Under the pieces are notes generated by a model, which did not search any database, had not been told where the DNA came from, and saw only the letters and a list, made by a program, of their open reading frames with translations. Shown one piece after another: positions 17,684-27,516 of a DNA stretch of 64,000 nucleotides; position 1 is the first letter of the stretch; each line of letters starts with the position of its first letter. The translations under genes and the position numbers were made by a program. Source of the DNA: Parcubacteria group bacterium (lineage in GTDB: Bacteria; Patescibacteriota; Minisyncoccia; Moranbacterales; UBA2206); NCBI GenBank assembly GCA_041674205.1, contig JBAYWF010000006.1, forward strand, positions 410-64,409, given 5' to 3'.

Positions 17684-18208
17684 ATGATTAAAGTGAAGAG
17701 ATCTTTTTTGGAAAGACTTACCGGCTCGAGTAATATCGATGAAAATCAGGAATATGAAGCCCCTATCAGGCCGCTAGCTAAGATCTACGAAGAGGAGGAG
17801 GAATCCGAGGAAATGTTGATAAATTCTTCCACCAGAAGGACTGTCCCGGAAGAAAGCCCGGCATCAAATGATGACGGGGAAGGGCAGCTCACCATAGACG
17901 TCTATCAGACCGACAATGATATCGTCATCAAATCGACCATAGCGGGAGTCAAACCGGAAGACTTAGATGTGACCATCAACAGCGATATGGTCAGCATCCG
18001 CGGCGAAAGGAAAAACGAAGAAATGGTCAGTGAAGACAACTACTACTACCAGGAATGTTATTGGGGAAGTTTCTCCAGATCTGTCATCTTGCCAGTCGAT
18101 GTTTTGGCTGATAAAGCGGAAGCTTCGATGAAAAACGGGATTTTAACCATCCGCCTGCCGAAAGCCGACAATACCAAGACTAAGAAAATCCAGGTTCGCG
18201 GATTCTAG
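17684..18208 (+). CDS. Hsp20/alpha-crystallin family protein
   Basis: IDVYQT, ECYWGSFSRSVILP, ASMKNGILTIRLPK. Confidence 0.95.
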   Translation: MIKVKRSFLERLTGSSNIDENQEYEAPIRPLAKIYEEEEESEEMLINSSTRRTVPEESPASNDDGEGQLTIDVYQTDNDIVIKSTIAGVKPEDLDVTINSDMVSIRGERKNEEMVSEDNYYYQECYWGSFSRSVILPVDVLADKAEASMKNGILTIRLPKADNTKTKKIQVRGF

Positions 18209-18222
18209 GGCTGGAAAATGCA

Positions 18223-18253
18223 GCAAAACGCCCCGGGATACGGGGCGTTTTGC
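18223..18253 (+). terminator. hairpin terminator after hsp20
   Basis: GCAAAACGCCCCG-loop-CGGGGCGTTTTGC. Confidence 0.75.
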
Positions 18254-18302
18254 ATATCCCAGCAGTATTGATTTTAGAGCAAATTTAGGCTATCCTTAAA
18301 TT

Positions 18303-19601
18303 ATGCCAAATTACCTGAAAATAATCATCTTTAGCTGTTTGCTCCTTATCGGAGGCAACACCGCCCTAGCCGAAACCGTCCCTTTGGGAAAGTTTTCTTC
18401 CTCCAGCCAAACCGCCGGGATATTCAAGGAGCTCACACTTAAAATCGACACGAAAACCTATCCGTTGTCCGAAGCGGAGATTTCCAGCTGGATCAAAGAA
18501 AAAAATATCCTTACCTACAATCCGGATTATGTTTCCGAAATTGAAAACAAAGATATCTGCCAATACGGGAAATCCATCCTGTGCGCGTTAATGCTAAGCC
18601 TGGAAGACAGGAATCATATCCAAAAATCTTCAGTCCTCTATTTGGATACCGAGTCAACAAAGCGGTTCGTTGAAGATCTTTCCAGACAGGCAAACATAGA
18701 ACCGACCAATGCCAAACTGATCATAGAAAACGGCAAGGTTTCAGTCTTCACCCTAAGCCAGCAAGGCATCGAGCTTGACCGAGAAAAAAGCGTCGCCATC
18801 CTAGCCAGCCACCTGGCACGCAAAGAGGCATCCGACACCCTTGATTTGCCCTACATCCGGAAAAATCCTGAAATCAGAATGGATTCCATCGACAATCTCG
18901 GCATCACCTCCCTTATCGGCGAGGGGCGTTCGAATTTCCGCGGTTCCCCGAAAAACCGTATTTTCAATATCAAGGTCGCTACCAACCGCTTCAATGGAAC
19001 GCTCATCAAGCCAGGTGAAGAATTTTCTTTTGTAAAAATATTGGGTGAAGTCGATGGCGAGCATGGCTATCTGCCGGAATTGGTCATAAAAAAAGACAAG
19101 ACCGAACCGGAATTCGGCGGCGGGATCTGCCAAGTTTCAACCACGGCTTTCCGCGCCGCTATTTATGGCGGTCTTGAAATAACAGCCCGCCGCAATCACG
19201 CCTACCCGGTTTCCTATTATAATCCCCAGGGTATGGATGCCACGGTCTATGTGCCCCGGCCCGATTTGCGTTTCGTCAATAATACCCCCGGCCATATCCT
19301 GATCCAGACTGAAATTGTCGGAACGGAATTGATATTCAGGTTTTTCGGCACTTCGGATGGCCGGAAGACCGATGTGATCGGACCGACCATTCTTGAAAGA
19401 AAGCCGGACGGATCGATGAAAACGACCTTTTCCCAGCAAGTATTCGATGCTGACGGCAAATTGATTCGCGAAGACGTCTTCAACAGCAGTTATGATTCTC
19501 CGAACAAATACCCGCATCCCGGACAGATATTGACTGAAAAGCCCAATGATTGGTCGAAAAACGAATGGTCGAAATACTTAAAAGAGAACAAGCGGAATTA
19601 G
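18303..19601 (+). CDS. VanW family protein
   Basis: GGGICQVSTT, RRNH, GMDATV, DLRFVN. Confidence 0.92.
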   Translation: MPNYLKIIIFSCLLLIGGNTALAETVPLGKFSSSSQTAGIFKELTLKIDTKTYPLSEAEISSWIKEKNILTYNPDYVSEIENKDICQYGKSILCALMLSLEDRNHIQKSSVLYLDTESTKRFVEDLSRQANIEPTNAKLIIENGKVSVFTLSQQGIELDREKSVAILASHLARKEASDTLDLPYIRKNPEIRMDSIDNLGITSLIGEGRSNFRGSPKNRIFNIKVATNRFNGTLIKPGEEFSFVKILGEVDGEHGYLPELVIKKDKTEPEFGGGICQVSTTAFRAAIYGGLEITARRNHAYPVSYYNPQGMDATVYVPRPDLRFVNNTPGHILIQTEIVGTELIFRFFGTSDGRKTDVIGPTILERKPDGSMKTTFSQQVFDADGKLIREDVFNSSYDSPNKYPHPGQILTEKPNDWSKNEWSKYLKENKRN

Positions 19602-19707
19602 CCGTCAAAATATTGACTGGTTGCACTTTTCCTGCTAGGATGGCTATATTGCCTTTAGGCAATTTTATATTGTGACTTTTATCACGCCCCTTAAAGCCTT
19701 GAATTCT

Positions 19708-19780
19708 GCGCCTGTAGCTCAGTGGATAGAGCAGTAGCCTTCTAAGCTATTGGTCGCAGGTTCGATTCCTGCCAGGCGCA
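19708..19780 (+). tRNA. tRNA-Arg(TCT)
   Basis: Cloverleaf with CTTCTAA loop. Confidence 0.95.
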
Positions 19781-19795
19781 CATAAAATCATCAAC

Positions 19796-19868
19796 GCACC
19801 CATAGCTCAGTTGGTAGAGCAGATCCCTCTTAAGGATATGGTCCTAGGTTCAAGTCCTAGTGGGTGCA
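19796..19868 (+). tRNA. tRNA-Lys(CTT)
   Basis: Cloverleaf with CTCTTAA loop. Confidence 0.95.
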
Positions 19869-19897
19869 CAGAAAAAAGAATGGGAAGTCTCCAGAGT

Positions 19898-19969
19898 GGC
19901 GATCATAGTTCAGTGGTAGAACATCGGTTTGTGGTACCGAGTATCTGGGTCCGATTCCCAGTGATCGCC
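19898..19969 (+). tRNA. tRNA-His(GTG)
   Basis: G-1:C73 pair, TTGTGGT loop; non-canonical T-loop TCCGATT. Confidence 0.92.
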
Positions 19970-19999
19970 CCCCTGTAGATTTCTAAAAAATCTAGCCAT

Positions 20000-20072
20000 G
20001 CGCCCTTAGCTCAATGGATAGAGTGCCTGGCTTCGAACCAGTAGGTTGGGGGTTCGAATCCCTCAGGGCGCA
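20000..20072 (+). tRNA. tRNA-Arg(TCG)
   Basis: Cloverleaf with CTTCGAA loop. Confidence 0.95.
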
Positions 20073-20081
20073 CTGAAAACG

Positions 20082-20114
20082 AAAAATTCCTTTCGATTAC
20101 CGGAAGGAATTTTT
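20082..20114. terminator. bidirectional terminator
   Basis: AAAAATTCCTTTCG...CGGAAGGAATTTTT between convergent units. Confidence 0.75.
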
Positions 20115-20137
20115 GTTTTATGTTTTTTCAAAAAAAT

Positions 20138-20467
20138 TTATTGCTTCAGTCTGAAAATATCTTTAGGAACCTCTATGTTTTTCTGATAGGCCTCCTGCCT
20201 GGAGATTATATCGCCTAGGACCTTATCGAATTTCGTCTTATTGAAATTATTCAGTTCATTTTTCGAACTGATATATTCATGCTTCTTGGTTTCGCTCCAT
20301 TGGTAATCGTATGCATACCGATACCACAGGAAACCGACATACGCGACCAAAACCAAAAACACCGAAAAGACGACCAGTGACTCATGCCGGTTGACAAAAC
20401 CGGATGTTTTTTTAAAAACATTTTTGGAGTCGATTCCAGATGGCATTTTTTTAAATCCGATTTTCAT
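20138..20467 (-). CDS. single-TM protein at end of pil operon
   Basis: Overlaps the stop of the PilO-like gene; one TM. Confidence 0.75.
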   Translation of the reverse strand: MKIGFKKMPSGIDSKNVFKKTSGFVNRHESLVVFSVFLVLVAYVGFLWYRYAYDYQWSETKKHEYISSKNELNNFNKTKFDKVLGDIISRQEAYQKNIEVPKDIFRLKQ

Positions 20468-21132
20468 TTTTTTATATAAACGACTACGTCTAGAATGCTA
20501 TTTACAACTTCCCTGGTCAGCTTTTTTTCCTGCGACCGGTCAGCGGCCGCAAAAGGATTGGAAGCTGGATTGAGGTCGGCAGTCGGATTGGCGATGGATT
20601 TTTCAATAGTTCTTTTCTCGGAACTTATCGTAATGATATTCACATATTTCTTGTAATTTTCCAACTTATTGATGAAATACAGCAAGCTCGCATAGTCGCC
20701 CTCCAAGGCGATCTGCATAGAAAGGAAATTGGAATATGCCAGCTTGCCTTTGATGTCCAGTTCACCGCTTTTCGACTTGGCCGCCGGCTTGGCAGTCGAC
20801 GGATCCTGCACTTTGAATTCGATTTTGTTGCCGGTTTGTTCAGCCATAAGTTCCAATTCTTTGATGAAATCCAATTCTTTTGATGGCTCTATTATGATAT
20901 CAAACTTATCGGCATTGTTTTCGACCTTGGCGTAATCCGATTCCATCGTGGCGATTGAAGACAGTTTTTTCTCATTCAATTCCTTATCTATCTTCTTCTG
21001 TTGGATGTCATTCGCTTTGGCGATTATCCCGCCTATCGAAGGCATAACTAAAAAATAAACGAAATTCAGTACCGCTATCATGAATATGGCCACCGCCAAT
21101 TTTATTTTGTTTTTTCTTGCGAATTCCTTCAT
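20464..21132 (-). CDS. pilO: PilO-like protein
   Basis: N-terminal TM, EGDYASLLYFINKLEN motif, position after pilN. Confidence 0.7.
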   Translation of the reverse strand: MKEFARKNKIKLAVAIFMIAVLNFVYFLVMPSIGGIIAKANDIQQKKIDKELNEKKLSSIATMESDYAKVENNADKFDIIIEPSKELDFIKELELMAEQTGNKIEFKVQDPSTAKPAAKSKSGELDIKGKLAYSNFLSMQIALEGDYASLLYFINKLENYKKYVNIITISSEKRTIEKSIANPTADLNPASNPFAAADRSQEKKLTREVVNSILDVVVYIKK

Positions 21133-21683
21133 TTATTTTTTATACATTCTTCTTTTATATTGAATTCTATCTGAAAATCGACATTTTCCTTGGAAACTAA
21201 GCTGGAAAGCGGCAGATTCACATCCGTAAAACAAGGTTCCTGGGAAAAACCGGCTTTCATCGCCACTAGAATATCCCGCGTATCCGCCGTTCCAGCAAGT
21301 AAAAATTTGTAATTTTTATTGGCCATCTTGACTATGCTGATGCCGTCCGGCGTCACGGCATTCAATTTCTTGAATATATCCGTCCAATATAGCTGGTCAT
21401 TTTGGATTGATTCATTGAAAGAAGCTTTGGCGTTTATTTCCTTGAAATTACTGTCCAATTCGGAAATTTTTTCATAGCGGGACTTATTCCGACCGCTTTC
21501 GGTTTCATTCACCTGCATATCCAGATTGATTTTCAATAAATAATCCAAGCTGAGAATAAGTGCGAAAAAAATAATCAGCACGAAAAACAGACTCATTTCC
21601 CAGCGCAAAATACGCCGCAACCTGCTTGATTGCGCTATTTCATTTTTTTTCCCTTCGGGAATCAGATTGAGTTTAATTTCCAT
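21129..21683 (-). CDS. pilN: PilN-like protein
   Basis: LNLIP N-terminal motif, TM, TPDGISI. Confidence 0.8.
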   Translation of the reverse strand: MEIKLNLIPEGKKNEIAQSSRLRRILRWEMSLFFVLIIFFALILSLDYLLKINLDMQVNETESGRNKSRYEKISELDSNFKEINAKASFNESIQNDQLYWTDIFKKLNAVTPDGISIVKMANKNYKFLLAGTADTRDILVAMKAGFSQEPCFTDVNLPLSSLVSKENVDFQIEFNIKEECIKNK

Positions 21684-22755
21684 AATTTAATGCCCGGATT
21701 GCCAATCCGATAGCGGTAACATATCGCACTGACACCGATTTATCCATTGCCGATAAACTGCCCCCTAAATTCAAATTGATCCAAGGATCGCCTACGACCA
21801 CATCTTTTCCGATCCGTTCGTTCAGATATTGGGCCATACCTTTCATATTCGACCCTCCTCCGCACAAGACGATCCGCTTCACTTCCTGCGATTGCTTGGA
21901 CATCTCCCCGTAAAAATCCATTGTTTTGGTTATTTCCATCACCAGATTTTCCAAAAGGGGGCTGACCGCCCTGAAAATCGGATTTCCCTCATCCCTATTT
22001 TCTATCCCATTGCTGATTTTCGCCTCCTCAGCTTCTTGATTGCTCACATTCAAAGTTTTGATTATGGCGTCATTTATGCCTTCCGATGAAAAAGGAATGC
22101 TGGAAGTGAAATATGGAACGATGCCTTCCGCGATTATGAAGCTGGTCCTTCGAGCCCCCAGATCGACGATCAAACTCACCGCTTCATCCATAGCGGTATT
22201 GTTTTTTACCAGGCTGCGGATGGTCGCCATCGATTCGATTTCCAATCCATAAACATCCAATCCGGCTGAAGCCAGAACCCCCATCCAATCATCGACGACT
22301 TCGCGCGATACCGCCGCCGTCAAAACTTTCTGGGTTTTATTATCCTTGTCATCCAAAAACTGCCAATCATAATACACCTCGTCAAGCAACATCGGCATAC
22401 TGGCTTCCATTTCCCACCGCACCGCCTCATGGGCCTCCTCTTCGCTCATCTTCGGAATGGTTATTATCCGCACGAAGGCTTTCGACTCAGGCAATGAACA
22501 AATCACCTTATTGGAATTTATTTTTTTGGCACTGGGTGATTTCAACAAGGTCTTTATCGCAGCGGCGACCTGCTCTTTGTTGATTATCCGACCGTCTTCG
22601 ATATTGCCTAGCGGGATATCCAATGACCCGTAGCCGCGGACTGCGTCTTTTTTGCCATTTTTTTCCAACTGGAAAACCTTGACTGAAAGATCGCTCAGGT
22701 CCAATCCGAAAATCCTCGGCTCTAAATTTATTATGTTTTTATTCAAAAAACCCAT
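21673..22755 (-). CDS. pilM: type IV pilus assembly protein PilM
   Basis: GLDLSD, VDLGARRT, LCGGGS actin-like motifs. Confidence 0.93.
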   Translation of the reverse strand: MGFLNKNIINLEPRIFGLDLSDLSVKVFQLEKNGKKDAVRGYGSLDIPLGNIEDGRIINKEQVAAAIKTLLKSPSAKKINSNKVICSLPESKAFVRIITIPKMSEEEAHEAVRWEMEASMPMLLDEVYYDWQFLDDKDNKTQKVLTAAVSREVVDDWMGVLASAGLDVYGLEIESMATIRSLVKNNTAMDEAVSLIVDLGARRTSFIIAEGIVPYFTSSIPFSSEGINDAIIKTLNVSNQEAEEAKISNGIENRDEGNPIFRAVSPLLENLVMEITKTMDFYGEMSKQSQEVKRIVLCGGGSNMKGMAQYLNERIGKDVVVGDPWINLNLGGSLSAMDKSVSVRYVTAIGLAIRALNYGN

Positions 22756-22781
22756 ATCCTGGCTTGTAATTTTCTAATCCA

Positions 22782-24215
22782 TTATAACTCATCCCAAAGA
22801 TCAATGGAATATTCGGTGCCGGTCGGAAAATACGGCGGCGGATAATATAGCAGATTATTGTCGAAGTTCAGGATGCGCGTATGGTATCCGGTTCCGTCCG
22901 TATAGGCGAAGCCATAACGCAGGTTGGTCGCGATCGAACCATTGACCGTTATTGAGTCCCTATCATAAAAGGAACTGTAATAATCGCGGCCGACTCGTCC
23001 GGATTGCGCCAGCAACGCCGCATCGATAGTCAAGTTATTCAAACTGTCCCTGACGACGCTTACATCCTGTTGGGAGATCAATCCGATGATATCTTTGCCG
23101 TCGGAATTGGTATAAAGCAGATTGTCTTCACCGATATAGATATTCGGCTTTGTCCCGCCGATCAAATTAGCCGCGACGATCGTTATTTTTGCGCTATTGA
23201 TTATCCCTTCCACCCAAACATTATCCTCGACGAAAATCACTCCGTTATTCGGGATAGGATAGGTCTGGAAACAATCCGGATCGCTGCAGGAACTGCAACT
23301 GCCCCCTTTCGTGTGTTTTTTATATTTGGAAACGCCATGCGAGGTGGAATTGAACGTATCCACCGTACATATATCGAAAGTATCGTTGTTCTTGAGGACT
23401 ATTTTCCTGCCGTTTCCAGTTTGGTCGAAATACAAGCCATGTCCCGCAATTTTCGATTCCGCCTTCATATTGTTCAAATCCGCCAGTAACCCATTGAAGT
23501 CGACCGTCGGTACCGGGAATTGCCGCCCAGCCTGGAAAACATCCGTGCGTTGCGGGACCGGGTTCGGAGGTAATGGGTCGACCGGGGCGATATGGGTATG
23601 CACGCCGAATTCATTGCCACCCCAATGGTCCGGATCGTCATATTTATCCATAGAACTACTGACAATATTATGGGCCACACCATCAAAACGGATACCATCA
23701 TTGGAATGGACTTTGCCAAATACCTGAGTGTCTTCACCGAAGCGCATAACGTCATTCGCGATTACCGCGAACTCGCTCCAGGATGGCCGCCGGAATCTGG
23801 CTTGGACCACCCTTTGGATGCCAGGTTCATTATATGTCCAACCGGTCGACCGCACCATTACGATAGTCGAATCCGTTTCAGGAGGCTGGACTTCAATCCT
23901 ATATTTGCCGATGGCTCCGCCTTCCGGATCGAAAAATTCGGCTTCATATGGAGTATCGACGCCATATGGGTCGCCTGTTTCCCAAAAAGTTTTTATCTGT
24001 TGGACGGTTTTTCCTGAAATCTGATGGGCCAGATACCACCGATAAAAATACACGCCGGCCTCGGCGATTTGAAAAGCCTGCTCCTTTTCCCCCCTATTCA
24101 AGCTGGCTTTCATCTGCGAAGAAATATATCGTAACATCGAAACCAGGATGATCGAAATTACAGCCATCATTATCAACCCGTAAGCCAAGGCTGAACCTTT
24201 TTTATTTTTTTTCAT
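22782..24215 (-). CDS. PilX-like minor pilin/large pilus-associated protein
   Basis: KKGSAL class III-like N-terminus, AFQIAEAG. Confidence 0.8.
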   Translation of the reverse strand: MKKNKKGSALAYGLIMMAVISIILVSMLRYISSQMKASLNRGEKEQAFQIAEAGVYFYRWYLAHQISGKTVQQIKTFWETGDPYGVDTPYEAEFFDPEGGAIGKYRIEVQPPETDSTIVMVRSTGWTYNEPGIQRVVQARFRRPSWSEFAVIANDVMRFGEDTQVFGKVHSNDGIRFDGVAHNIVSSSMDKYDDPDHWGGNEFGVHTHIAPVDPLPPNPVPQRTDVFQAGRQFPVPTVDFNGLLADLNNMKAESKIAGHGLYFDQTGNGRKIVLKNNDTFDICTVDTFNSTSHGVSKYKKHTKGGSCSSCSDPDCFQTYPIPNNGVIFVEDNVWVEGIINSAKITIVAANLIGGTKPNIYIGEDNLLYTNSDGKDIIGLISQQDVSVVRDSLNNLTIDAALLAQSGRVGRDYYSSFYDRDSITVNGSIATNLRYGFAYTDGTGYHTRILNFDNNLLYYPPPYFPTGTEYSIDLWDEL

Positions 24216-24231
24216 ATTTTTGTTTCCCCAT

Positions 24232-24870
24232 TTATTTCATTCTATCATAATCATTTAAATTGCGCAGTTCCACGAATGACTGGGTTTCGATATTATCCGG
24301 CGCCCGATTTGGATCAATGTTTATTTTCAGAGATATCCTGACGAGCCTAATATTGGAAACATCTACCGGCATCGCCACCGGGTTGTTTACCGTATCTCCA
24401 GGATAATCCTTATTATAATAGTAAAAAATGGGTTCATCAGCCGCGTTGACGATCCTTTCAGCCAAAATCTTCGCTTGTTGGTCCGATGTTTCATATGTTT
24501 TGGGGATTCCAGTCGTCGGTTTCGTTATACCCATTATTATTTGCCCGCCCTGCAAATAAAAATGGAGTCTCTCCGTAACGCCGTCCTTGTCGTAGTCGGA
24601 AAAAACCACCAGATCATTCTCAGCAGCCGATTTGATGGGATACGAACCATCATCAGCTTGCCGCACTTTACGCAGATAACCCACCATATTATTAACACCC
24701 TGGGAAACCGCGTAAGATGATTGTCCCATTTCGATCGTATAGGAATTCATTTTCCAACTGCGCACGAACAATAGCGTGAATCCTAAAATGGCGATGGTGA
24801 AAATTGAAATGGCGACTATCATCTCGATGATCGTCATACCGGAATATTCTTTTTTCTGCCAATTATCCAT
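24232..24870 (-). CDS. prepilin-type minor pilin (PilW-like)
   Basis: GMTIIE cleavage/methylation motif. Confidence 0.85.
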   Translation of the reverse strand: MDNWQKKEYSGMTIIEMIVAISIFTIAILGFTLLFVRSWKMNSYTIEMGQSSYAVSQGVNNMVGYLRKVRQADDGSYPIKSAAENDLVVFSDYDKDGVTERLHFYLQGGQIIMGITKPTTGIPKTYETSDQQAKILAERIVNAADEPIFYYYNKDYPGDTVNNPVAMPVDVSNIRLVRISLKINIDPNRAPDNIETQSFVELRNLNDYDRMK

Positions 24871-24874
24871 AATT

Positions 24875-26257
24875 TTATTCGATAGCGGTTAATTTTATTT
24901 GCTGCGTCGTCAATTTGTCGATTTCCACCGCACCGGAATATTCCACATATCCTTCTGCTGTTATCTTCAGATTGTATGTACCAGCGACAAGCGGGTCGGT
25001 TGAAACAGGGAAGAAAACGACCCCGTCTACCGAACTTGTCGAATTCCCGCTATAACCTTCCGTATTGGTCAATTCCACATAGGCATCCGCCAATGGTGCG
25101 TCATCCGCCGCCTTAAGCACGCTGACCAACAGGGCATTATCATCATTTTTAGCGAACCTTATCGCAACCTCCTGTGAATTTCCCGGAACGAGCAATACCG
25201 CATATTTATTTTCGATAGGGTCAAAGCTCGATAAATTGTCCAAACCGATCAGCGTATATCCCTCTATCGCCCCTATGCCGGAAATGAAAAACTGGCTCGG
25301 ACTGATATCTTCGAAATTTTCCTCGCCATTCTCATCCGTCACGCTATCGGAAACTAGATTATATACGGGCGCCGCCGGAGACTGCAACATATCATAACCC
25401 AAAATCCTGCCGCCTTCCATATGGAAAGCGACGTTCGGCAAAGGATTGCCCAGATAATCGACGGATAGAAATTTCAAACTGATCAGCTTGTCTTCAACGA
25501 TGCTTTTCACGTTCAACATATTTTCAACGACCGAAGCCGGGGTGTCGATGACCGAATATGTGACTGAAGACGGGTCGATTGTTTCCACCGTCTCATATCC
25601 GTCTTTGGAAACGGTGATGCCATACCCTTGGATGGATTGCTGGGCTCCCGGCAACATCAGATTACCGGTATCATCCGTCATAACGGACAGGTTAACTTCC
25701 GGAGATACTTCGCTGTTGACGATATGCACCAAGGTCTGCGGGACTCCGATTCCGTCACTGCCGATGACATTCACTGAAAGCGTACCGCCAGCCAGGTTTT
25801 GTTCTATGCCTGGTGGGACGAATCTGGCTATCAAAGACACGTCACTATCATTGCCGCCCGCCCCATTCCAAGAAACCGTGACTTTGACCCGCTTGTAATC
25901 CAGATCGATCGGGCTGATTCCGTCAAACGGATCATCCACGTATTGGATGAAAGTCTTGACGTGGTATGTATGGCCGCTTTCAGTAACATCCTCTTCGGCC
26001 GGTATGCTTCCGCTCGGTATTCCCCCTATGATTCCGATGCTATCATATTTGAGATTCCTGACTATCTCCATTTTTTCATTCGCCAAAGCCACCGCCCCGA
26101 AATGATTTTTCGATTCGATGATATATCTGCCGCCCAAGGTAAAAACCGAGTAGAAAGTCACAGTGATTACTGAAAACACGAAAAGCAACACCAAAGCTTC
26201 GACCAGGGTAAAAGCTGGCGCATTCGAGATTATGGAAAATTTTTGGTTTTTTTTCAT
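24875..26257 (-). CDS. prepilin-type protein with carboxypeptidase-regulatory-like domains
   Basis: AFTLVE motif; beta-sandwich repeats (ITVSKDGY, ITAEGY). Confidence 0.85.
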   Translation of the reverse strand: MKKNQKFSIISNAPAFTLVEALVLLFVFSVITVTFYSVFTLGGRYIIESKNHFGAVALANEKMEIVRNLKYDSIGIIGGIPSGSIPAEEDVTESGHTYHVKTFIQYVDDPFDGISPIDLDYKRVKVTVSWNGAGGNDSDVSLIARFVPPGIEQNLAGGTLSVNVIGSDGIGVPQTLVHIVNSEVSPEVNLSVMTDDTGNLMLPGAQQSIQGYGITVSKDGYETVETIDPSSVTYSVIDTPASVVENMLNVKSIVEDKLISLKFLSVDYLGNPLPNVAFHMEGGRILGYDMLQSPAAPVYNLVSDSVTDENGEENFEDISPSQFFISGIGAIEGYTLIGLDNLSSFDPIENKYAVLLVPGNSQEVAIRFAKNDDNALLVSVLKAADDAPLADAYVELTNTEGYSGNSTSSVDGVVFFPVSTDPLVAGTYNLKITAEGYVEYSGAVEIDKLTTQQIKLTAIE

Positions 26258-26279
26258 ATTCATTCTGATTTTAAAATTC

Positions 26280-27500
26280 CTATTTGATATTTTCCAGCAC
26301 GCTATACATCGGTTGCAGGATGGAAACCGCGAAAAATCCGACAACGGTTCCGATCAAGAGCATCAAAACCGGCTCGATTATGGAAGACAAATTTTTGGTT
26401 ATCTGGTCGACATCGGCCTCATAAAATTCGGCGAGTTTGGCCAAAACCACTTCGGTTTTTCCGGTTTCCTCACCCACTTCGATCATTTGCGGCACCAAGA
26501 CAGGGAAAATCTTCTTTTCGGAGAAAATTATCTTGCTCAAATTGACACCTTTTTGCACGTCCACCACCGCGCGCGCCAGCGCGTTCTGGTAATAAAAATT
26601 GGTCAGGGTTTTGGAAAGTATTTTCAAGGATTCCACGACGGAAACGCCGCTCTTCAAAAGGGAACTGTAGATCCGCGCGAACCTGGCGCAATTCACTTTG
26701 ATTACTATGTTTTTAATTACCGGAAGATTGATCAGGATAAGACTGGCCATCTTTTTGCCCACTTCGGTCGTAGATAAAAATTTGACCGCGACGCCGAACA
26801 GGGGAAACAGGAAAACCAAGGCGTACCAATAATTCCTAATCACGTCGCTCATAGAGATAATAAACTGGGTTGAAGCCGGCAAGGTCGCATCCAAATCCTC
26901 GAATACGCCGGTTATCTGCGGCACGACATAAACCATCATCACGATACCGATCAGGCCCATCGCGACCAGGATGACCGCCGGATACACCAGGGCGCCCGTA
27001 ACTTTCTTGATAAGCTCATGGTCCTTTTCCAGCTGCATCGCCAAAATATTCAAAACTTCCTCCAAATTGCCGCTTACCTCGCCGACCCGGATCATATTCA
27101 CGAAAAGCTCATCAAAGATGCCTGGAAATTTCGCCAGGCTGTCCGCGAAACTGATTCCGGTCTGGATATCGTTATTCACGTGATCGAGGACACTGATGAA
27201 CTTCTTGTTTTGGGTTTGCGCTTTGATATTCTGCAATGATTTTGACAACGGCATCCCGGAGGATATCATTACGCTTAAATTCTTGGCGAACATCATTTTT
27301 TCCGCCACCGATATCCCGATGAACCGGTCCATAAATCTTATTTTGATAGTCTGGTCGTCCTCGTTTTTCAACTCTTTGACAGACGTCAAAACGAACCCCT
27401 CGGCCCGCAATTGCTCGTCTAGTTCACGTTCATCTTTGACTTTCGCCTCGCCGCTCTTGGTTTCCCCGAAGAAGCCTTTTGCGGTATAAAATACATCCAT
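26280..27500 (-). CDS. pilC: type IV pilus platform protein PilC (T2SS F family)
   Basis: GEVSGNL, ALVYP, VGEETG, IIEP motifs. Confidence 0.95.
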   Translation of the reverse strand: MDVFYTAKGFFGETKSGEAKVKDERELDEQLRAEGFVLTSVKELKNEDDQTIKIRFMDRFIGISVAEKMMFAKNLSVMISSGMPLSKSLQNIKAQTQNKKFISVLDHVNNDIQTGISFADSLAKFPGIFDELFVNMIRVGEVSGNLEEVLNILAMQLEKDHELIKKVTGALVYPAVILVAMGLIGIVMMVYVVPQITGVFEDLDATLPASTQFIISMSDVIRNYWYALVFLFPLFGVAVKFLSTTEVGKKMASLILINLPVIKNIVIKVNCARFARIYSSLLKSGVSVVESLKILSKTLTNFYYQNALARAVVDVQKGVNLSKIIFSEKKIFPVLVPQMIEVGEETGKTEVVLAKLAEFYEADVDQITKNLSSIIEPVLMLLIGTVVGFFAVSILQPMYSVLENIK

Positions 27501-27516
27501 AATTGGAAATTTAAAA

